A stretch of 64,000 bases of DNA from Candidatus Nanopelagicales bacterium (GCA_023260395.1 JALQVI010000002.1:1867-65866), one strand, 5' to 3'; counted from the stretch's first letter, positions 1-11,798 are shown. Notes: generated by a model not told the origin, from the letters alone. A program made the numbers and translations.

Positions 1-330
1 GCAATGAATAAACCGGGTGGCTTTATTGGTCGTGACGCACTTGTCGGCAAAGAGCACCCGCAAGGACGTCGCCAGGTGTTCGTGCGACTCGATGATCCAG
101 AACCATTGTTGCTCCACGATGAGTCGATTCTGTTGGATGGAAACATCGTGGGACATGTAACGTCCGGAGCCTACGGTCACACTGTAGGTGGGGCAGTAGG
201 TCTGGCTTATGTACTTGCTGATGTGCCGCACGGTGACGGATTTGTCGTTGACTGCGCCGGATTCCAAGTGCCTGCAACAATTAGTGATACACCGTTTTAT
301 GACCCATCAAATGCACGTTTACACAGTTAA
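1..330 (+). CDS. C-terminal end of a GcvT-fold protein (sarcosine/dimethylglycine dehydrogenase- or oxidase-type); 5' part lies outside the window
   Basis: Frame 1 is open from the window edge to TAA 328-330. The tail ...GHVTSGAYGHTVGGAVGLAYV... matches the conserved aminomethyltransferase C-terminal barrel motif. Only a 3-nt gap separates it from the next gene. Confidence 0.6.
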   Translation, partial: AMNKPGGFIGRDALVGKEHPQGRRQVFVRLDDPEPLLLHDESILLDGNIVGHVTSGAYGHTVGGAVGLAYVLADVPHGDGFVVDCAGFQVPATISDTPFYDPSNARLHS

Positions 331-339
331 GGAATGACA

Positions 340-1290
340 ATGACCGAAAACATTATTGGCCCAGTCGATGCAACAAAGGTTCCACGATTTGCTGGCGAGT
401 CAACATTCGCTCGCCTGCCACGCATCGATCAGGTTTCTGATTACGACATCGCTGTACTTGGCGCACCATTCGATGGTGGTGTGTCATTTCGCCCAGGTGC
501 ACGTTTCGGCCCGACCGCAATTCGTCAGGCTTCACGACATTTGCGTCCGGCTTACCACCCTGACCTCGACGTAGCTCCATTTCGTGAGCTGCAGGTCGTC
601 GATGCTGGAGACATTCCATGTAATCCGTTCGACATCGACAGTGCAATTGGGCAAATCCATGACGGTGCATCTGAACTAGTCAGTGACAAGCACAAGCTTG
701 TAACACTTGGTGGCGACCACACAATCACGCTCGGCATTTTGCGGGCCATGGCGGCTGTTCACGGTCCGATTGCGATGATTCACTTCGACGCACACCTCGA
801 CACGTGGGATACCTACTTTGGTGCGGATCGCACACATGGAACATTCATGCGTCGCGCATTCGAAGAGGGTTTGCTTCGCGAGGACGCATCCATGCACGTG
901 GGTATTCGTGGCCCGCTGTACGACCGCAGTGACCTCGATGATGACAAGCGTTTCGGATTCTCGACTGTGCGCGCCTCGGACTTTGACCGAATGGGTGTGG
1001 CCGAGGTCGTAGGACTTGCGGCACAGCGTGTGGGAGACATGCCGTTCTACCTGTCAATCGACATTGACGTACTTGATCCAGCCTTTGCACCTGGTACAGG
1101 CACACCTGAAATGGGTGGATTCACGTCACGAGAATTGCTGAATCTGGTTCGCGGATTGCCACGCGAACAAATGATTGGTGCAGACATTGTGGAAGTTAGC
1201 CCGGCTTATGACCATGCTGAAATCACTTCATTGGCCGCTGCAACGTTGTCTTACGAAATCATGAGTCTGATGGCACTAGGCGCTAAATAA
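340..1290 (+). CDS. Mn-dependent ureohydrolase, agmatinase / guanidino-acid hydrolase family
   Basis: Arginase-fold metal motifs GGDHTIT, HFDAHLD and [15 protein letters not shown] are present. AAGGA at 329-333 is spaced 6 nt from ATG 340, whereas the ORF-track ATG 334 has no spacing. Confidence 0.85.
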   Translation: MTENIIGPVDATKVPRFAGESTFARLPRIDQVSDYDIAVLGAPFDGGVSFRPGARFGPTAIRQASRHLRPAYHPDLDVAPFRELQVVDAGDIPCNPFDIDSAIGQIHDGASELVSDKHKLVTLGGDHTITLGILRAMAAVHGPIAMIHFDAHLDTWDTYFGADRTHGTFMRRAFEEGLLREDASMHVGIRGPLYDRSDLDDDKRFGFSTVRASDFDRMGVAEVVGLAAQRVGDMPFYLSIDIDVLDPAFAPGTGTPEMGGFTSRELLNLVRGLPREQMIGADIVEVSPAYDHAEITSLAAATLSYEIMSLMALGAK

Positions 1291-1342
1291 CACACAGCAA
1301 ATAATCTCAGAAAGGTCCATTTCTCGCTAGTAGCATTGGGGA

Positions 1343-2179
1343 ATGGACCTTACTGCTGCCGCATACCAAGCCACCGAAGGTGGACCACTCGACGTCAATC
1401 GTGCTTTTTATGACGCACTTGCAAATGACGAAGGTCGCGAGCTCGTTGACAAGTTTGTCTTGCCCATTCGCAGTGGCAAGGCATGGAAGATTCCTAAGGG
1501 CCACCTGTGTCGCATTGTCACAATCGAAGGACCGCAAGTTGCGGACTTGAACCTGTGGAGCCTCAACGATCCACGTGAGCGTTTCTGGGCTTCACGTACA
1601 AAGCAACTCCATGCTGCTCACTTAACGACGTACAACCGTTTGTGGTCGATTTTGCCGTTCTTGCGCCCAATGGCAACAATCACGTTCGACAGCCTGGCTG
1701 ATTACGGTAAAGATGCCGAGGGTGGTCGTGTTCATGACTTGCTCGGCACTCGTTGTGATCCGTATGTCAACACAATGTTGACTGGTGAAGAATTTGATTA
1801 TCACTGCCACTCCAATCTCGTTCGGGCTGTCCTTCCTTATGGCCTGACTGAATTTGATGTTCACGATGTGTTGAATGTTTTCCAATGCACGGGCCTCAAT
1901 GAAAACGATCAGTACTTCATGAAGGCATGCCCAGCAAAGAAGGGCGATTACTTCGAGTTTTTTGCTGAAATTGATTTGCTCGCAGCTTTGTCGACGTGCC
2001 CTGGTGGCGACCTTTCCGTTCCGCTGTGGGGTCCTGATGCGCAAGATCCATTGTCGGTATGTCGTCCATTGGGTATTGAGGTGTACAAGCCATCACCAGA
2101 ATTGCTCGAAGGTTGGAGTGAATCAACGCGAGCAACGTATGCCGGCAATCATGGATTGAAATTCCCACAGTGGCAGTAA
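1343..2179 (+). CDS. DUF1989 (urea-carboxylase-associated) family protein
   Basis: 278 aa. Family-typical stretches are present (..GHLCRIVTIEGPQVADLNLW.., ..CHSNL.., ..FQCTG.., ..DYFEFFAEIDLL..). GGGGA lies upstream of the ATG. The 3' end overlaps pxpA. Confidence 0.75.
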   Translation: MDLTAAAYQATEGGPLDVNRAFYDALANDEGRELVDKFVLPIRSGKAWKIPKGHLCRIVTIEGPQVADLNLWSLNDPRERFWASRTKQLHAAHLTTYNRLWSILPFLRPMATITFDSLADYGKDAEGGRVHDLLGTRCDPYVNTMLTGEEFDYHCHSNLVRAVLPYGLTEFDVHDVLNVFQCTGLNENDQYFMKACPAKKGDYFEFFAEIDLLAALSTCPGGDLSVPLWGPDAQDPLSVCRPLGIEVYKPSPELLEGWSESTRATYAGNHGLKFPQWQ

Positions 2180-2925
2180 CTCGCATTGATCTCAATGCTG
2201 ATCTCGCCGAGGAATGCGGCGATGATTCGGCAATGTATCAATTCTTGTCGAGCGCAAACATCTGTTGTGGCCAGCATGCTGGGGGACCAGAAGCTATGCA
2301 GAAAGCTGTGCGTGCAGCCATTGAGCATGACGTCGTGATTGGCGCTCACATTGGGTATGCCGATCGGGAAAACTTCGGACGATTTGACGTCGACATGGGC
2401 TATCAAGAACTTTATGATTTAGCGACTCTGCAGCTTCGTGATTTGAAAACCATTGTGGACTCAGCCGGGGCTCACATGAAATACGTAAAGCCTCATGGCG
2501 CGTTGTATCACCGAGTTGGAAATGATCCCGAGCAAGCTCGCGCGGTTGCGACTGCGATTGCTGATTTCGACGATTCGCTTGACGTATTAGTTCCTAATAC
2601 GTCAATCATCAAAGATGCGTTAACGGCAAAAAACTTGTCATTCACTCATGAGTTCTTTGCAGACCGTGCATATCTGCCGACCGGTACGCTAGCGCCCCGA
2701 TCTATGCCGCATTCGCTGCTCGAAGATGCAGATGTGATTGCTGATCGGGTTTTGCATTGGCTTGAAACCGGAACAGTTATTGATTCCGAAGGAAGCTCAT
2801 TAGTTGTCGAAGCTGATTCAATTTGCCTACACGGCGATACGGCTGGGGCAATTGAAAGCGCCGCAAAGATTCACGAATCACTCGTCGCTAACGGAGTCGC
2901 AATCGCGTCATGGTTGACGAAATAA
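2170..2925 (+). CDS. pxpA: 5-oxoprolinase subunit A (LamB/YcsF family)
   Basis: N-terminal IDLNADLAEECGDD and ..ICCGQHAGGP.. are typical of LamB/YcsF. The GTG start overlaps the DUF1989 stop by 10 nt. Confidence 0.85.
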   Translation: MAVTRIDLNADLAEECGDDSAMYQFLSSANICCGQHAGGPEAMQKAVRAAIEHDVVIGAHIGYADRENFGRFDVDMGYQELYDLATLQLRDLKTIVDSAGAHMKYVKPHGALYHRVGNDPEQARAVATAIADFDDSLDVLVPNTSIIKDALTAKNLSFTHEFFADRAYLPTGTLAPRSMPHSLLEDADVIADRVLHWLETGTVIDSEGSSLVVEADSICLHGDTAGAIESAAKIHESLVANGVAIASWLTK

Positions 2926-3524
2926 TTTCCATCCGCCGTTATGGCGACCGTGCTGCATTAGTGGACTGTGCTCCGAGCGAGGTTCTTGGCATTTCACACG
3001 CGCTTCGTAATTCGCAATTGTTTGTTGAGGTAGTGCCTTCAGAATGTTCCGTGCTTGTGACGTGGAATGCGCCTATCTCACATGAGGCAATTCTAGAAAT
3101 TGCTCGAACTGGCAGCGAGCTCAAAATAATCGGTGAATCACGAGATGTCGAGATCCCGATTATTTACGACGGACTTGACCTTGCCGAGTGTGCCAACGCA
3201 CTTTCAATGACAATGGCGGAATTAATTCAGGTGCACTCACAGACCACGTACACGGCTGCATTCGCTGGTTTTGCACCTGGGTTTTTATACCTGACAGGTG
3301 TGGATTCTCGGTTACACCTACCGCGCAGATCGGCACCTCGAACGAAAGTTCCGCAAGGTTCATTGGCCATGGCTGACATCTATACGGCTGTTTACCCGTT
3401 GGATTCACCAGGCGGCTGGAATCTATTGGGCCGTACGACCTTAACCATGTTCGATGCGTTTCGTGAACCTGCTTCAATCTTGCAACCCGGAGATTCGGTG
3501 ACATTTGTGCAGGTGTTCGAGTGA
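2910..3524 (+). CDS. pxpB: 5-oxoprolinase subunit B (KipI / allophanate hydrolase subunit 1 fold)
   Basis: 204 aa with a KipI-like sequence (..YTAAFAGFAPGFLYL.., ..PRTKVPQGSLAMA..). It overlaps pxpA by 16 nt and sits in the conserved pxpA-B-C order. Confidence 0.8.
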   Translation: MVDEIISIRRYGDRAALVDCAPSEVLGISHALRNSQLFVEVVPSECSVLVTWNAPISHEAILEIARTGSELKIIGESRDVEIPIIYDGLDLAECANALSMTMAELIQVHSQTTYTAAFAGFAPGFLYLTGVDSRLHLPRRSAPRTKVPQGSLAMADIYTAVYPLDSPGGWNLLGRTTLTMFDAFREPASILQPGDSVTFVQVFE

Positions 3525-4375
3525 TTACATTTACTGACGTCTCAGGTTTTATCACCGTGCAAGATGGTGGTCGGGTAGGAGTTGCACATCTGGCTATTCC
3601 CACGAGTGGAGCTTTTGATAAGTATTCGCATGATCTGGCAAATCGCATTGTGGGTAATGCTCATTCTGCGGCGACAGTTGAGTCATTGCGCTCAAGCTTC
3701 AGTTTGATTTCTGAATCTGAATGTGTCCTTGCAGTAACTGGCGCACCCGTGAATGTTCGAATCGACGGCGTGCAACTACATATGAATGCTGCGTTGCATG
3801 TGCCCGCTGGCGTTACCGTGGAAATAACCTCCGTGCATTTAGCGATGCGAACTTATGTTGCTGTGCGGGGTGGTTTTGTTGGAGATGCTGTTATTGGTTC
3901 TCAGTCGTATGACGAGCTGTCCAAGCTTGGAACGTCACCTTTGCGTTCGGGCAGCCAGTTGGCAGTAGGTAATGATTACGAGCGCGAGGTAACAAGTGCA
4001 CACGCTGTCGTAAAGGGCGTGCACCTCAGTAGTCACTTTGTTGCCGAAGTCAGTATCGGACCACGGTGGGAAATGTTTCCAGAGGCGCAGCAATTGTTCT
4101 CTCAAACTTTTACAGTCTCAGGGCAATGTAACCGCATCGCGGTTCGTCTGGAGGGCTATTCGTTTTCCTGGGATACCGACGCTCGATTGCCTAGCGAAGG
4201 TGTGGTGTACGGGGCCATTCAGATACCCGTAGACGGTCAGCCACTCATTTTTGGACCTGATCATCCGACTACGGGCGGATACCCAGTGATTGGTGTCGTG
4301 TCTGAATCAGACATGTCAGTTATCGCACAGTTGCCACCGGGTGCAACCTTGCAGTTCAAGCGCAGCAGTACTTAA
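3521..4375 (+). CDS. pxpC: 5-oxoprolinase subunit C (KipA / allophanate hydrolase subunit 2 fold)
   Basis: 284 aa with a KipA-like C-terminus ..GPDHPTTGGYPVIGVV... A 4-nt overlap joins it to pxpB. Confidence 0.8.
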   Translation: MITFTDVSGFITVQDGGRVGVAHLAIPTSGAFDKYSHDLANRIVGNAHSAATVESLRSSFSLISESECVLAVTGAPVNVRIDGVQLHMNAALHVPAGVTVEITSVHLAMRTYVAVRGGFVGDAVIGSQSYDELSKLGTSPLRSGSQLAVGNDYEREVTSAHAVVKGVHLSSHFVAEVSIGPRWEMFPEAQQLFSQTFTVSGQCNRIAVRLEGYSFSWDTDARLPSEGVVYGAIQIPVDGQPLIFGPDHPTTGGYPVIGVVSESDMSVIAQLPPGATLQFKRSST

Positions 4376-6171
4376 ATCAATTTCTCAGAAATTTCGAGCC
4401 ATTTTTCTTCGTGGCTTGATTGCGTTACTCGCAAGTCAGAAATCTGCTTGTTTAATTCAGCGATCTTGGCGTAGTCAGTTGCGTTCGCATCCATGTCTTT
4501 GTGAATCGTTGAAATTTGATCGTCAATCTTTTTAATTTGTCGTTCGACTTTGCCAAGTTCTTTTTCTAAATCGCGGCGAACGGCTGCAGAAAGTATTGTG
4601 GTGGGACCGGCTGTTTCGGCTGCCTGTGCTGGAACGTTATTGCTCATTGATAACGCAGATGCATCCTGAGCATGCCGGAGTTCCAAATACTCGTCGATTC
4701 CCCGTGGTAAGTCGCGCACATTGCCGTCGCCCAATACGCCAACGAATGTGTCACACACTCGCTCAAGGAAGTAGCGATCATGCGATACGACGAGGAGAGT
4801 GCCAGCAAAACTATCCAAGAGATCTTCAAGCGATGCCAGTGTTTCAACATCGAAGTCATTCGTAGGTTCGTCAAGAATCAAGACATTTGGTTCGGACATC
4901 AAAAGGCGAGTGAGTTGCAGGCGTCGACGTTCGCCACCGCTGAGATCGCCAACTGGTGTCCATTGCGCTGAAGCGGCGAAGCCAAGACGTTCACAGAGCT
5001 GACCAGCGCTCAGAGACTTGCCTTTTCCAAGATCGATGTGACTCGACACTTGCTCAACGGCTTCCAGGACTCGCCACTTAGGGTTCAATTCTTCGAGGTG
5101 CTGTGACAAGTAAGCCGTTTTAACAGTCGTGCCCGTCACGATGCGACCAGCCGTTGGTTTCATGTCACCTACGATTGCGCGAAGTAATGTGGTCTTTCCA
5201 GCGCCGTTCATTCCCGCGATGGCAATGCGGTCGCCTGGACCAATGTTCCAGGTCAGATGACCAAATAGTTTGCGCTCGCCAACTGAGATGTCAACGTCTT
5301 CAAATTCAAAAACCATTTTGCCGAGTCGAGCATTCGCAAAATTGAGAAGTTCAACGTTGTTGCGGGGTGGCGGTTCGTTCGAAATCAGTTCGTTTGCGGC
5401 GTCAATTCGAAACTTCGGCTTGCTTGTTCGAGCTGGAGCTCCACGTCGTAGCCATGCAAGTTCTTTCTTGATTAAGTTATTGCGCTTTTGGTCTTCAACA
5501 GAAGCCTGTCGCATACGTTCAGCTTTCGAAAGCACGAATGCGCTGTATCCGCCGTCGTATTCCTCTACTTGGCCATCGATAACTTCCCAAGTGCGATCAG
5601 TTACGGCATCAAGGAACCATCGATCGTGAGTGACAACAGCAATAGCCAGGCCGCGTCGCGAATTGAGATGGTCAGCGAGCCAAGCAACGGCTTCGACGTC
5701 CAAGTGGTTGGTCGGTTCATCGAGAAGTAATAGGTCAAGATCCTCGACAAGAAGGCGAGCAAGTGCAACGCGGCGACGTTCACCACCTGAAAGTGGACCC
5801 ATTTTTCGTTCCAGCACTTCATCGCTGAAACTACCGAAAAGTCCCGTGAGTACATCGCGCGCTAGTGAATTGGTGGCCCATTCGTGGTCGGCTTGATCGC
5901 CGAGCACAACGTCGCGAACGGAAAGCTTGGGATCCGCTGTATCTACCTGATCTAAGGCACCAACATGAATGTTGTTTGTGCGCGATACCCGGCCGGAATG
6001 CGGTGCCTCTGCGGCAGAAAGCATGCGAACAAGAGAGGACTTGCCGCCACCATTGCGACCGACGATTCCGATACGTGAACCCTCTGAAAGTCCTAGCGAA
6101 ACTTTGTCGAGTACTGGGCCTTTACCGTAATCCAAAGTGACGGCTTCAAGGTTGATTAAGTTGCGGCTCAC
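4372..6171 (-). CDS. ABC-F family ATPase (no membrane domain; Uup/EttA-like with C-terminal coiled coil)
   Basis: Two Walker A motifs (GRNGGGKS, GMNGAGKT) and two signature motifs (LSGGERRR twice) are present, followed by a charged C-terminal tail. Confidence 0.85.
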   Translation of the reverse strand: MSRNLINLEAVTLDYGKGPVLDKVSLGLSEGSRIGIVGRNGGGKSSLVRMLSAAEAPHSGRVSRTNNIHVGALDQVDTADPKLSVRDVVLGDQADHEWATNSLARDVLTGLFGSFSDEVLERKMGPLSGGERRRVALARLLVEDLDLLLLDEPTNHLDVEAVAWLADHLNSRRGLAIAVVTHDRWFLDAVTDRTWEVIDGQVEEYDGGYSAFVLSKAERMRQASVEDQKRNNLIKKELAWLRRGAPARTSKPKFRIDAANELISNEPPPRNNVELLNFANARLGKMVFEFEDVDISVGERKLFGHLTWNIGPGDRIAIAGMNGAGKTTLLRAIVGDMKPTAGRIVTGTTVKTAYLSQHLEELNPKWRVLEAVEQVSSHIDLGKGKSLSAGQLCERLGFAASAQWTPVGDLSGGERRRLQLTRLLMSEPNVLILDEPTNDFDVETLASLEDLLDSFAGTLLVVSHDRYFLERVCDTFVGVLGDGNVRDLPRGIDEYLELRHAQDASALSMSNNVPAQAAETAGPTTILSAAVRRDLEKELGKVERQIKKIDDQISTIHKDMDANATDYAKIAELNKQISDLRVTQSSHEEKWLEISEKLI

Positions 6172-6215
6172 GTCAACTACTCTGCACTATTTGCCAGTGT
6201 TCGCGAAATTGGCTT

Positions 6216-7085
6216 CTATGGCCGATGCGTGTCTAGGAAACTGACATTCTTGAGAACTTCGAGTGTCTCAGCTGACTTATTGAGCGTATAAAAATGCACA
6301 CCCGTAGCTCCCAGTGCTACGACATCTTCACAAATTTGAACTGCAATTTCGATGCCCAAGGCACGTAATGACGCTTCGTCATTCTGATAACGTGCAAAAC
6401 GTAACCGTGTTGCCTTTGGCATGTAGCCGCCGCTGAGTTCCAGCATTCGAACAATCTGCGGATAGCTTGTAACAGGCATGATGCCGGGGTAAAGCTTTAG
6501 CTGTGAGCCGTGTACTTCGAGAGCTTCGCTGAGGGCTTCAAATCGACCGCTGTCGAAAACGAACTGTGTAATTGCTGAAGTTGCTCCAGCTTGTTCCTTG
6601 CGTAGAAGTACCTGAATGTCTTGCACAAAGTTGCCATTCGAGGCGGGGTGTACATCTGGAAACGCAGCGACACTGATATCCATTTGCGTGCGAGAGGCAA
6701 TCAATTCCACCAATTCGTGGGCGTAGGTATATCCACCTGGCGTTGCTGTCCATTCTGCGGTTGGCCCGCCGACCGGGTCTCCACGAAGAGCGAGCACACC
6801 ATGTAACCCGATTCGCTGGTATTCATCAAGAACTTTGATTAATTCTGTTTCCGTTGAACCTACGAGAGTCAGATGTCCGTATGTTGGAGCACCCATGCGG
6901 GCGATCACTTCAGAAGCAATTCGTAAGGTTCGCTGTTGAGTGGAGCCACCTGCTCCGTAGGTTACTGAAACAAAGTCTGGAGCATAAGGCGCTAAATCGG
7001 TGAGTGTTTGCCATAGTACGTCCTCGCCCACATCGTCTTTTGGAGGAAAGAATTCAAAGGAAATACTGGGAGTTAGATCTGTCAT
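6216..7085 (-). CDS. metF: Methylenetetrahydrofolate reductase
   Basis: N-terminal ISFEFFPPK and an overall MetF-like sequence. GGAGG lies 5 nt upstream of ATG 7085, and the ORF-track start 7097 would overlap this RBS. Confidence 0.85.
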   Translation of the reverse strand: MTDLTPSISFEFFPPKDDVGEDVLWQTLTDLAPYAPDFVSVTYGAGGSTQQRTLRIASEVIARMGAPTYGHLTLVGSTETELIKVLDEYQRIGLHGVLALRGDPVGGPTAEWTATPGGYTYAHELVELIASRTQMDISVAAFPDVHPASNGNFVQDIQVLLRKEQAGATSAITQFVFDSGRFEALSEALEVHGSQLKLYPGIMPVTSYPQIVRMLELSGGYMPKATRLRFARYQNDEASLRALGIEIAVQICEDVVALGATGVHFYTLNKSAETLEVLKNVSFLDTHRP

Positions 7086-7170
7086 GTGGACCTCCAAAAC
7101 TAAAGATTCGGCGTTGGGGCCCCGCTACCGTTGTTCCACATTATAGACCGTTAGCCGTTTGACATTTAGG

Positions 7171-7176
7171 TAGAGT
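7171..7176 (+). promoter_or_regulatory. -10-like TAGAGT, 6 nt before aguA ATG (leaderless candidate)
   Basis: The arrangement is TAGAGT-cttgcc-ATG(7183). No Shine-Dalgarno is present. Confidence 0.45.
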
Positions 7177-7182
7177 CTTGCC

Positions 7183-8181
7183 ATGACTTACAGAATGCCT
7201 GCGGAATGGGAACGTCACGAGCGGACCTGGATGGCGTGGCCAACTGCTGGATACATGTCGTTCGAAGATGAAGCAGGCATGGATGATGCCCGCGGCGCTT
7301 GGGCGAACGTAGCTAATGCCATCGTTCGATTTGAGCCAGTGACCATGGTCGTAGATCCGCGCGATGTGGAGATTGCCAAAGAGTGGCTATCACCACAGGT
7401 CGACATTGTTTCCGCGCCACTTGATGATGCGTGGATGCGGGATATGGGTCCAACTTTTGTTCGCGATGAAGCCGGTCAACTGAATGGCGTGGATTGGGTA
7501 TTCAATGGCTGGGGTGCGCAACATTGGGCCAAGTGGGATCACGATAGCGAAATTGCACCTTTTGTGATTGAGCAAGCCGGTGTTCCAGCAGTGATCTCGC
7601 CGATTGTTAACGAAGGTGGCGGAATTCACGTCAATGGCCAAGGAGTGTTGCTGGCAACTGAAACTGTGCAGTTTGATCCTTATCGAAACCCGGAATTATC
7701 GAAAGCTGACATAGAGGCAGAATTTCATCGGACCTTAGGTGTCGATCGTGTGATTTGGTTTAAGCGAGGACTTACTCGCGACTACGAAGATTTTGGAACT
7801 CGCGGTCACGTAGACATCGTTGCTTGCTTTGCGGATGAAAACACCATCTTGTATCACGACCAGCAAAACCCAGAGCATCCAGATTTTGAAATTTCACAAG
7901 AAGTTTTGGCCGTCTTGCAGGAAACGGAATTTCGAATCATTCCTGTACCTGCTCCTGAGCGAATTCGTGACGATTTAGGTTTCGTTGACCAGGGATATAT
8001 CAACCATTACATCTGTAATGGTGCAGTGATTTTATGTGCCTTTGATGACCCGGCCGACGAAAGAGCAAAAGCGATTTTGGAATCCGTTTATCCTGGTCGT
8101 GAAATTGTTTTGGTGGACGCGCAAGAAATTTTTGCCCGTGGTGGTGGCATTCACTGCATTACTCAGCAGCAGCCTGCCTAG
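7183..8181 (+). CDS. aguA: Agmatine deiminase (porphyromonas-type peptidyl-arginine deiminase family)
   Basis: N-terminal MPAEWE.H..TWMAWP and the C-terminal catalytic Cys motif GGGIHCITQQQP. Confidence 0.85.
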   Translation: MTYRMPAEWERHERTWMAWPTAGYMSFEDEAGMDDARGAWANVANAIVRFEPVTMVVDPRDVEIAKEWLSPQVDIVSAPLDDAWMRDMGPTFVRDEAGQLNGVDWVFNGWGAQHWAKWDHDSEIAPFVIEQAGVPAVISPIVNEGGGIHVNGQGVLLATETVQFDPYRNPELSKADIEAEFHRTLGVDRVIWFKRGLTRDYEDFGTRGHVDIVACFADENTILYHDQQNPEHPDFEISQEVLAVLQETEFRIIPVPAPERIRDDLGFVDQGYINHYICNGAVILCAFDDPADERAKAILESVYPGREIVLVDAQEIFARGGGIHCITQQQPA

Positions 8182-9397
8182 TTGCAAATAAACCAAGCAC
8201 TAGGACTGGGACGCTTGCGATAGTACATAGCCAGCCGTAACCCAACGTGGCAATGATGACGCCTGCAAGCGCTCCTCCTATGGCCGCCGAAAGATTCATG
8301 ACAGTATCTGAAGTTCCCTGGACGCTTGCGCGTATGTCGTCACTAATGGACTCGGTGAGCAATGTTGAACCGGAAATCAAAGTGCACGACCAACCAAGCC
8401 CGAGTAAAAACAGTCCAATTCCAAGTTGAACGCTGTTGTTAGCAGCTGATGAGCCTGCAATTATTCCTGCGAGCAACAGCAGCATGACGCCAACGATAAT
8501 GACTCGAATACGGCCAATGCGGTCACTGAACTGACCAACGAGTGGAGAAAACGCATACATACCAAAGATGTGCACGCTGATAACTAATCCAATAACTTTC
8601 AATGTGACATCAACATGCGCCATGTGAACCGGTGTCATGACCATGATTGACACCATTGCTACGTGACCGATGGCGATCGCCGAAAGGCCCAGTAGGGCAT
8701 TGCTGTGGCGCGCGATGTAGCCCAATACTGCACGAGTTGGCACTTTGGTGGGACGAACACCATCCGTGCCATGGACTAGGTCTAAATGGAGAAGGTAGGG
8801 GTCGGGTCGAAGCCGTAGCCAAATGTTTAACGTGCCAAGCGTCAACATGACGAAAGCCAAGAGATAAGGCCCTGTAAGTTTTGGTAATCCCAACAGGGGA
8901 GCTAGGTGTCCTGCTGGTGCCATGAGATTTGGGCCTAACACCGCGCCAATCGTGCTAGCCCAGACCACAAAAGAAAGATCGCGAGCGCGAGTTTCTGGAG
9001 TGGACAAATCAGCAGCAGCGAACCGGGATTGGTAGTTAGCCGCCGATGATGCTCCAAGCATGAAAGTGCCAAGAAGCATAAAAAACACCGTCTTGTGAGC
9101 GCCGCCGAAAATAGCACTCAAACACCCAAGTGAGGCGATGGTGTATCCGGTAGCAAGCGCCAAACGACGTCCACCACGCCGAGTCAAACTGGCAAGCGGC
9201 AGTGCCATAGCAGCTGCGCCTAAAACATTAAAAGTTTGAGCAAGCCCTGCTAGGGCCTCGGACGAAGAAATATAGGCGACTAGGAGCGAACCTGCGGCAA
9301 TCGTTGAGGTGACCCCTACGCCGCTTAGGCTTTGTGTGAGCGCCAACGTGCGCAAAGTTCGTGGTTGAATCTCGTGCGCAGAAATTGAGTGGGTCAC
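8159..9397 (-). CDS. MFS transporter
   Basis: 412 aa with about 12 hydrophobic segments and a GTG start. The 3' end overlaps the aguA 3' end by 23 nt. Confidence 0.75.
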   Translation of the reverse strand: MTHSISAHEIQPRTLRTLALTQSLSGVGVTSTIAAGSLLVAYISSSEALAGLAQTFNVLGAAAMALPLASLTRRGGRRLALATGYTIASLGCLSAIFGGAHKTVFFMLLGTFMLGASSAANYQSRFAAADLSTPETRARDLSFVVWASTIGAVLGPNLMAPAGHLAPLLGLPKLTGPYLLAFVMLTLGTLNIWLRLRPDPYLLHLDLVHGTDGVRPTKVPTRAVLGYIARHSNALLGLSAIAIGHVAMVSIMVMTPVHMAHVDVTLKVIGLVISVHIFGMYAFSPLVGQFSDRIGRIRVIIVGVMLLLLAGIIAGSSAANNSVQLGIGLFLLGLGWSCTLISGSTLLTESISDDIRASVQGTSDTVMNLSAAIGGALAGVIIATLGYGWLCTIASVPVLVLGLFATRQAAAE

Positions 9398-9403
9398 AGT
9401 TCT

Positions 9404-9409
9404 AGCCTA
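9404..9409 (-). promoter_or_regulatory. -10-like TAGGCT, 6 nt before MFS GTG 9397 (leaderless candidate)
   Basis: On the minus strand the arrangement is TAGGCT-agaact-GTG. No SD is present. Confidence 0.45.
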
Positions 9410-9411
9410 GA

Positions 9412-9413
<2 letters not shown>
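9408..9413 (+). promoter_or_regulatory. -10-like TAGAGT, 7 nt before in-frame GTG 9421 of yhhQ (leaderless candidate)
   Basis: The arrangement is TAGAGT-gacaagg-GTG(9421). It overlaps the divergent MFS -10 through a shared CTAG. Confidence 0.4.
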
Positions 9414-11324
<1,911 letters not shown>

Positions 11325-11327
11325 TCA

Positions 11328-11792
11328 CTAATCCTGGACTGGAAGTTCATTTAAGTGCGCTGCAATCTTTTCAGCAGCTCGTCCCAGTGCCAAGTATTCC
11401 TCTGGGGTCAGCACGTCAACGAAATGAGTACGCACACTTGTTACATGCGCCGGAGCTGCGGCTACAAGTGTCTTCCAACCATGTTCAGTCATAACGCATA
11501 GTTGTCCGCGGCGGTCATCTTCGCAGGCTTCGCGGGTGACAAAACCAGCGTTTTCCATGCGGTTAATTTGATGAGTTAATCGACTGCGTGAGGACAACGT
11601 AATTGCGGCAAGTTCACTCATGCGGATTCGGCGATCAGGGGAGTCGGACAGACGTACCAAAATTTCGTAATCCGCCATTGTCAAGCCATGCGAATCGAGC
11701 AACTCGCGATTGAGTTGATCTTCGAGCAGAGTGCTTGCGGCCAGCCAAGCGCGCCAATACTGCTGCTGTTCATCGCTCAGCCATTTAGTCAT
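11328..11792 (-). CDS. MarR-family transcriptional regulator
   Basis: 154 aa with a winged-HTH core ..MSELAAITLSSRSRLTHQINRMENAGFV.R....DRR... The stop lies 3 nt before the tgt start. Confidence 0.8.
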   Translation of the reverse strand: MTKWLSDEQQQYWRAWLAASTLLEDQLNRELLDSHGLTMADYEILVRLSDSPDRRIRMSELAAITLSSRSRLTHQINRMENAGFVTREACEDDRRGQLCVMTEHGWKTLVAAAPAHVTSVRTHFVDVLTPEEYLALGRAAEKIAAHLNELPVQD

Positions 11793-11798
11793 GACTAC

